From the NCBI GenBank assembly GCA_964016885.1, contig OZ024746.1:76074001-76138000 (forward strand): 64,000 bases of DNA, given 5' to 3'. The notes beneath the pieces were generated by a model. It was not told the DNA's origin. It was given only the letters and a program-made list of their open reading frames with translations, and did no database searches. The DNA is from Eledone cirrhosa. Taxonomy: Eukaryota. Numbering within the stretch: the stretch's first letter is position 1; every line of letters begins with the position of its first letter. Made by a program: the position numbers and the translations under genes. Positions 57,200-64,000 of the stretch are shown here, one piece after another.

Positions 57200-57244
<45 letters not shown>

Positions 57245-57719
57245 TAAATTACCGAGAATCGTATTTCGGCTTAGGAATTAACGAAAAACAACTTCCGAGA
57301 TGTGTGGCAAGTGCTCAATGATTCAGATGAACCAGAGCTACAACATACGTTAAAGGCCAAACACACTGAGACGATAGTTAAACAATCATCCGCACAGTCA
57401 TAAAAACGACCAAGTAATTCGGGTCAAACAAATAAAAATATATGTGATTGAAAAAATTTACCCGGACCCCTGGATGGTTGGTAAAATCCAGCATTTGGGT
57501 TTCTGCGACTCCTAAATCAAGTACTGTCCGCTTACACAAATAATGTTAGGCTTCTGGTAAGATGATTGAACAAGGAAGCCACTTTTTCAACAGGTTTTAG
57601 TTCGAGTGCTAATTTAAGGAATGACCGTTACCGACCCCACGTGGGGCTTGGCAAGGGAGGCAACTCATATTTTAGGCGGATGAATTCAGTATGTGTATAT
57701 TATTGCAAGAATGCAAAAC

Positions 57720-57775
<56 letters not shown>

Positions 57776-58489
57776 GCGCGCACTTCTGTATATATATATA
57801 ATCATTGAGTACTGAAATAAAATAAAAACATTTCCGCTTTATTCATTCATCATCATCATCAGGTATTATCTGCTCACCCTGTAGGTTGAATACTAATGCT
57901 TTCTTTGATTAACTACATGGTAGGGTTCTCATTCCTTTCATGATGAGAGTTGAAGCGATAACTGTATGCGTGAGTGTGTATGTGTGTGTGTGTGTGTATG
58001 TGCGAGTATGTGTGTATGTATGTGTGAGCATGTGTGTGATCGTGCGCATCGAATGTTTACATCATCAAGCAAGTAAAATCTATTACATTCATTATTTTTA
58101 ACCCATATTTAGGACATAGTTATAAAGTATGGAGGTTGGGGGTTGTGTAGGTCCATCGCTGAGCTTTGACACTCGTGAATGGGTGGGGTTCTGAACAATT
58201 GGGGTGGATACCTTAATTTGCAATAATTCTAAGGCGGAGTTTCGGAATAAGCATATCACCGTAATTTTTTTCTTTCTAAATCTGAGTGTGAAAAGTAGAA
58301 ATGGGATGAGGCGCTATCAAGTGTCACTCTCCCATCCCTCCCTAACGATGGCTCCGGGTTGGGGATGGTGGACATTTTGTAAATAGTAACTCTGAAAATC
58401 ATAAAGACAGAATGAACTGAAAAGAGTAATGAAAACAATGGATTCACAGTAATTTCTGACAGTTTTAATTAATGCCATGACATGGGGAA

Positions 58490-58895
58490 GTCGATTATAT
58501 CGACCGACAGTACATGACACAGTCATTTATTTTATCGATCTCGGAATGATAAAAGTCAACGTTGACTTTTGTGGAATGTGAACTGAAAACGTAATGAACA
58601 GGAAGAAACACTGCAAAGCATTTTGTGCGACGCTCTAACGATTCTGCCATTCTACCGCTATAAAATAAAGACAAGATAATGGTTTCTAATTTAAGCACAA
58701 GGCCAGCAATTTTGTGGATAAGGGAAGGTGGATTATATCAATCCCAGTATTTGACTGGTACTTAATTTTATCGAACTCGTCAAGATGAAAAGTAAAGTTG
58801 ATTTTGGCAGGATTTACACTCAGAATGTAAAGAGCTCGAACAAATACAGTAAAGCATTTCAACCGATGTTCTAATGACTCTGCTAATCCACCTTC
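58490..58895 (-). mobile_element. two tandem diverged SINE-A copies
   Basis: SINE core twice in reverse orientation. Confidence 0.75.
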
Positions 58896-59066
58896 GTTGA
58901 TAAAATGGCAATAATATAAACCATTCTGCTCCATGGAAAAATATAGGTTCTTCAGGGAAATTCAAATCGCCATTACTCTTCTGTTTAGTTCTGTCTGACT
59001 TGGCAAATAAAGCTGTTAAAACATATAGGCAAACTAGGAACCATTTTCTTTAAAATTATGATTTAA

Positions 59067-59495
59067 CCCTTTCGTTACCACATTTCTGATGAAAGACATA
59101 TTTTGAAACTAATCAAGAATTTGGAGGGATCTAGTATCATAACTAATTTTTATATTGTTAAGTAGGTGCCACAACATAACTTTACAAAGGTTCTTACATA
59201 AAATTATAACGGAATGTTTTTTAGATATATAATATACATAAACACTTTAACCTTATGTTACAATATCTCGGATGAAAGACACTGGCTATGTTTTCAAATC
59301 ATTTCGAAAATAATCAATAATTTTGTGGGGTTTAGTAATATAACTAATTTTTTTATTATTAAATTGGTATTTGGAGCAGAATTTATCAAAGATTCCTAGA
59401 TAAAATTTTGATGGAAAATGTTTAGATAAATATTAAATACTTTAAAACAAATAATATTGTACCATAGGACTTGGAGGGGTTTGGTATCAAAAGGC
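59067..59495. mobile_element. piggyBac-like MITE
   Basis: TTAA|CCCTTTCGTTACCA ... TGGTATCAAAAGGC|TTAA; relatives at ~4665-4853, 7860-8044, 37963-38180. Confidence 0.7.
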
Positions 59496-59544
59496 TTAAA
59501 ACTATATGTAACAGACAGCATCAGAAGATCACAGACTAATGAGT

Positions 59545-59835
59545 GCACCCAAGAAGCGCTTTCGTGACACCATTCAATAAAGATATTCGTATTCAACATC
59601 TAATTTTAGAATTGGGAAAAGTTAGATGAAGACCGTAAAGCATGCGTGCAGAGAAGGAGACGTAGTGAAGACCGTAAAGCATGCGTGCAGAGAAGGGGAC
59701 GTAGTGAAGACCGTAAAGCATGCGTGCAGAGAAGGAGACGTAGCGAAGACCGTAAAGCATGCGTGCAGAGAAGGAGACGTAGCTGCGGTCCACATTCGAC
59801 ACTAGCAAGCTGAAGAAAATAGACCCGGAAAAAAG
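59545..59835 (+). mobile_element. RTE LINE 3' remnant containing a 39-bp x4 tandem repeat (59627-59782)
   Basis: PKKRFRDTI...WEKLDEDRKA resembles RTE P.KRF.D...WE.LA.DR..W; unit TGAAGACCGTAAAGCATGCGTGCAGAGAAGGAGACGTAG. Confidence 0.6.
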
Positions 59836-59941
59836 GAAAAGGCTCAATAATATCTTCTGAGACAAGAGCCATTTCCACAGGATCAGTGCTGCTTTTGTGA
59901 CTAATTATTGATCTGAAATATCGGAAGGTACAGTCGTAAAA

Positions 59942-60110
59942 TAATTGTTTCTACTTTTGACACAAGGCCAGCAATTATATCCCAGTGTATTACTGGTAGT
60001 TTATTTTATCGACCCCGTAAGGATGAAAAGCAAAGTTAAACTCGGCGGGATTTGAACTCAGACCATAAAGGGCCGTAACTCTTTACTGTAAAGAATGGCG
60101 CCCGACCCTC
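59942..60110 (-). mobile_element. SINE-A
   Basis: SINE core in reverse orientation. Confidence 0.8.
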
Positions 60111-61081
60111 AGAAGAGTTGGGAACATCCTCAACAAGAGGAAACGCGGACACACACAACATACATATATGTATATATATATGCGTGTGTGTGTATGTGTG
60201 TGTTTGTATAATGTATGAATATGAGTATATGTGTGTGAGTGTGTGAGTTTATGTGTGGAAATCCACAAGCTAGACGATCTTTTTATCGTTAACCAATAAA
60301 CACTGTGTAGTGGTGGGAGCTAGCCTATAAATCGTTGAAGACAGAAGACAGTTAAGTGCCTTGCTAATCTAATGGAAACAATTTTATATAAAAATGATTG
60401 ATTTAGCACGTGCCGCCATGTTTTTTCTTTCTTTTTTACATGTGTGTGTGTGTGTATGAATTAATCAAACTTATAAGGGCTGTTGATTGCTGTATAGGAG
60501 ATGAACAAAATTGAAAGACGTCAGGTTTAGTGTCGGCGGTGTTTTTTTTTAATGATTTAAGTGGTAAATTTCCTATACTAATTGCAGTTAAGATAGCCAC
60601 CATTAATTTCAAGTTCTTCAACTAACTGTTTTCTTTACTCTCATCTATACTTACAAGATTTAATTTTTTAGTTCTCAGCTCAGTCATCTATATTTCTTCA
60701 ATAGAGCCTTATTCTCCTGCCTTTCTTCTATGTATCTCATTTATTTTAGCCTTTCTTGCATCACCATCATTTTCACACTTTTTCTATATATCTGTTATCT
60801 TTTTCTTATATAATAGAATATAATAAATCGCTGACTGAACACATACGTGTTTTTTCTAAAAAAAATATTTTTTAGAGTTTCTTCCTCTTGTTACACTACC
60901 TCAATCTTTCGGCTTCTTCTTATATTACTCATTCCATTGCCTGGTGAAGTTCTAGTGTCCGAAACGTGAAGACTTTTTTTCTACTATACCAAGCGTTAAA
61001 CTAATATATCTTCATCGTACTGTATCGTTTTGATGTGTTGTTTTCGGTTTACTTTTCGCATATATATACACACACACACAC

Positions 61082-61129
<48 letters not shown>

Positions 61130-61186
61130 ATATATATATATGCGAAAAGTAAACCGAAAACAACACACTTACGTTTAACCCCCTCC

Positions 61187-61233
<47 letters not shown>

Positions 61234-61236
<3 letters not shown>

Positions 61237-62000
61237 AGGGGGTTAAACGTAAGCGTACCCGACCTTAAGTTGAAAAAAGAAAATTAGGTACTGGGTGGGG
61301 TTCAATTACTATCCCGTTTGAAGTAGGCCCCTTGTGCCTCCACACACTTAGCTCCGTGATCCTTCTCCTCTTCCGGAATGGCTCTCAGCTCCGGTGTTGC
61401 AGTCCATATGGTTTTCAGCTCGTACCCGTACATCTCCAGTTATCATGGTATTCAGGAACTAAAGATCCTTGTTGGAAGTATCCAGCAGGTCCTCCACGCC
61501 CACAAGACGAAGTTGTTATTGTTCCCGTGAAAGTAGCTTGGGCACAAATTTCGCTGCCAATCTGCGCGTGCCCCAAACCTTCTTTAAAATTGCATATGCA
61601 GAGTTTTTACTATTTCCAACTTCGCCATCGATTTCCCGTACCGTCAAACGGCGATCCTCTATTATCTAGGCCCGCACTCTCTCGATAACAACTGCACTAC
61701 GGTTTGTTGACGGCTTTACGGAACGCTGACCACTTTGAATCTGTTGTACCGTTCTTTTATTTGGGTGACACCTATGGCATTCTTAACAAAAGACTGTTGA
61801 ATTTTGCGATGTTTCCATTTGTGTATCTCCAGTCTTTTGGCAAAACTTGATGCAAGATCGTTGTTCGACACGTTCCATCATCACGAGTGAAATGAAAATG
61901 CAACAAGTAAATTGGATAGCACCACCCACGCTGGCTGCCTGATAGTTATTGACGCATCTAGTGAGCACGCCAAAATCTACACATGCGCATGAATGTATGC
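61234..62000 (-). mobile_element. internally deleted mariner element
   Basis: MERVEQRSCIKFC..., QIKERYNRFKSG, EDRRLTVREI, AAKFVPKLL, ITGD, then jumps to KCVEAQGAYF; stops and frameshifts present. Confidence 0.85.
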
Positions 62001-62507
62001 GGTTCCACTCTGCACACTTTACACGGGAAGTAATATGTGCTTAATTATATTCTTTTTTACTTTTTATCGACCGCCTATACCTACAATATAATACCCATAA
62101 TGCCATAGACAGACATCTGAAATTTTCGGCACTTTCAAAATAAGATAGTGGTCGAAGGGAGAGGTATACGTTGCTCCATAACGGATCTCAAGACTGTCGA
62201 TTGCATGTTCACTGCAATTTCCAACACAATTTCTATATATAAATGTTATTTTTCCGCCTCAAACATTGCATCAAGTAAACTCTTATTGTTTTTTCACCTA
62301 CATCGCTTCATTCCAATCATTTCAACATTTCTTTTTTCTTAGGTACAACCCTGGTAAAATAGTTTGAACCTGACCTTGCGAAGTATCTTCTTATCAACTT
62401 ATACTATGTGTGTTGGACCTCCATCGGTTCCGGCGACAAGTGTCTGACAAGTCTGGCCCGTTGAATTACAGACACAACTCATTTTTTCCAGCTGACTAGA
62501 ATGGAGC

Positions 62508-63089
62508 ATCGGCCTCCGGATCTGCCAGTGTCGCTGCGGTTCCACCGTGGACTCTTTCGGCCTCCACCCGCTTTCCTGTCGCCACAGTGCCGGCTGCATT
62601 CTACGCCATGCTGCCCTCAACGAGGTCATTAAGCATGCCTTGAACACTGCAGGCATCCCTTCCCAGATCGAGCTGGTGGGGCTGGATCGAGGGGACGGCA
62701 AAAGGCCAGATGGCATGACCATCTTCCCGTTCCGCGGTGGCAAACCCCTCGTCTGGGATGCCACTTGCACCGACACTTTCTGCAGCCGCAACCTGGTGCA
62801 GTGTGCGACTGACCCAGGTTCTGCTGCACGTTGGGCTGAGGGGGCCAAACTCCTCAAATACCGGTCGCTCTCCGACAGGTTTGTGGTCGTACCCCTGGCA
62901 GTGGAGATTTCTGGTGTCCTCGGCCCCAGGGCTACCTCCTTACTCACCACCATAGGCGCTGAGCTGGCCAGCCGCAGGTGTGAGCCAGGCGAGTTGGAGT
63001 GGCTATTCCAGCGCGTCTCCCTTGCCGTCCCCCGGGGAAACGCCTTCTCCATTCTGTTCGCCGGAGGAAGCCAACCCCAGCATCAGTGA
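62508..63089 (+). mobile_element. CRE-like non-LTR retrotransposon C-terminus: zinc knuckle plus restriction-like endonuclease (5'-truncated)
   Basis: CRCG...H..SC, RH..LN, KRPDG, VWDATC.D, E..K..KY, P.AVE..G..G, FQR.S.AV.RGNA; GC content rises abruptly at ~62508. Confidence 0.88.
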
Positions 63090-64000
63090 CTCACCTCCAG
63101 CCACTAGGTCCTATGACAAACTGCTAAGTTGCTCGCATGTGTGCGTGCTGAGCTCTGGATCTTTAACTGCCCCCCCCCCCTCGTTTTTTGTGTACATCCA
63201 TCCATTCATTTACTACCATTCTACCTTCCTGTGTCTCCCCCTCCATGCAGCCCCTTCTTTTCTCTCTTGTTTTCTGGGACCTCCATAAATATAGGTGATC
63301 TATGAGGCCCTCGTACCACCACTTTCCCTTCCATCCACACACGCCACCCACCCCTGATGCCGCTCAGTGTCCCTGTCTCCGGCCCCACCCCTCCAAGCCG
63401 ACACCTTAAGGACGTGCTGCCGAGAATTGACTCATAACCTTATGATTGTAAGTCGAATACCCTAACCACTAAACCACGCACGTTCACAGTAAGAAAGAGA
63501 ATAACAGTTTTGTGACGTGTTAATTAGATATCGTTTGTGTATTACCATTAATTATCGATTACATATCAGTAATAATGAATAAACAAATGATTACTTCGAT
63601 TACATATCATAGATGTTAATGTTATATAATAATTATCTGGTCTGATAAATGTTGTTTAATCTGGGTCAATATCAAATTTACATTAATATAGACTATGTGG
63701 GCTTATAAGGAAAACAACAACAACAACAACATAGAATATCTAACGCAATCAAACAGATGATATTGCTGTCCCGATCATTTTCGTGTATGTTTTATATATT
63801 TATTGTTTCAAGAAAAATAAGTAAAAGTAAATGCTTATTTTGTTTGACTATAACAACACAAAAATCAACACACACACACATACACAGAGTAACGTAACTG
63901 TATCCTGTAACTCTTTGGTCTTAAGTCGATGGTTTTACTTCTGGTATTTCAAGTGTGGAGGTTACTATAACATGCTTTGTTAAACAAATATAACGGGAAG

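Larger units (their letters stand above)
56720..57206. mobile_element. Penelope-like fold-back element (family G), arms ~56810-56996 / 57018-57206
   Basis: About 187-bp arms with several mismatches, extra tail 56720-56809, TA flanks. Confidence 0.78.

Noticed and set aside
59086-59100. CTGATGA motifs here and CTGANGA at 6017, 6638(-), 25104, 28509, 58948(-)
   Set aside because: No paired stem II followed by GAAA and closing stem I
60940-60975. CTGGTGA...CCGAAACGTG hammerhead-like stretch
   Set aside because: Core, stem II and cleavage triplet all deviate; at best a decayed copy

Overview
AT-rich, microsatellite-dense eukaryotic DNA. The SINE and microsatellite content resembles an octopod cephalopod (inference). 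No host protein-coding exon can be supported. The window holds one intact tRNA-Pro(CGG) gene, dozens of tRNA-type SINEs, remnants of RTE, CRE/RLE and other LINEs, mariner and hAT transposase remnants, several MITEs, two Helitron-like elements and a 42-bp satellite. The main unexplained structure is a set of about 10 sequence-unrelated short elements, almost all embedded in (TA)n runs. They carry minimal type I hammerhead ribozymes (CUGANGA...GAAA, palindromic stem III, NUH site) or halves of them and often form near-perfect fold-back palindromes with 55-200 bp arms. Many share a small 3'-tail motif about 40-65 nt from the TA junction, and within a family the inverted arm ends at a fixed point. 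One family forms a 424-nt tandem unit bounded by two ribozymes (retrozyme/circRNA-like). These are best read as Penelope-like retroelement termini or derivatives. All structures and alignments were read by eye; nothing was computed or searched.
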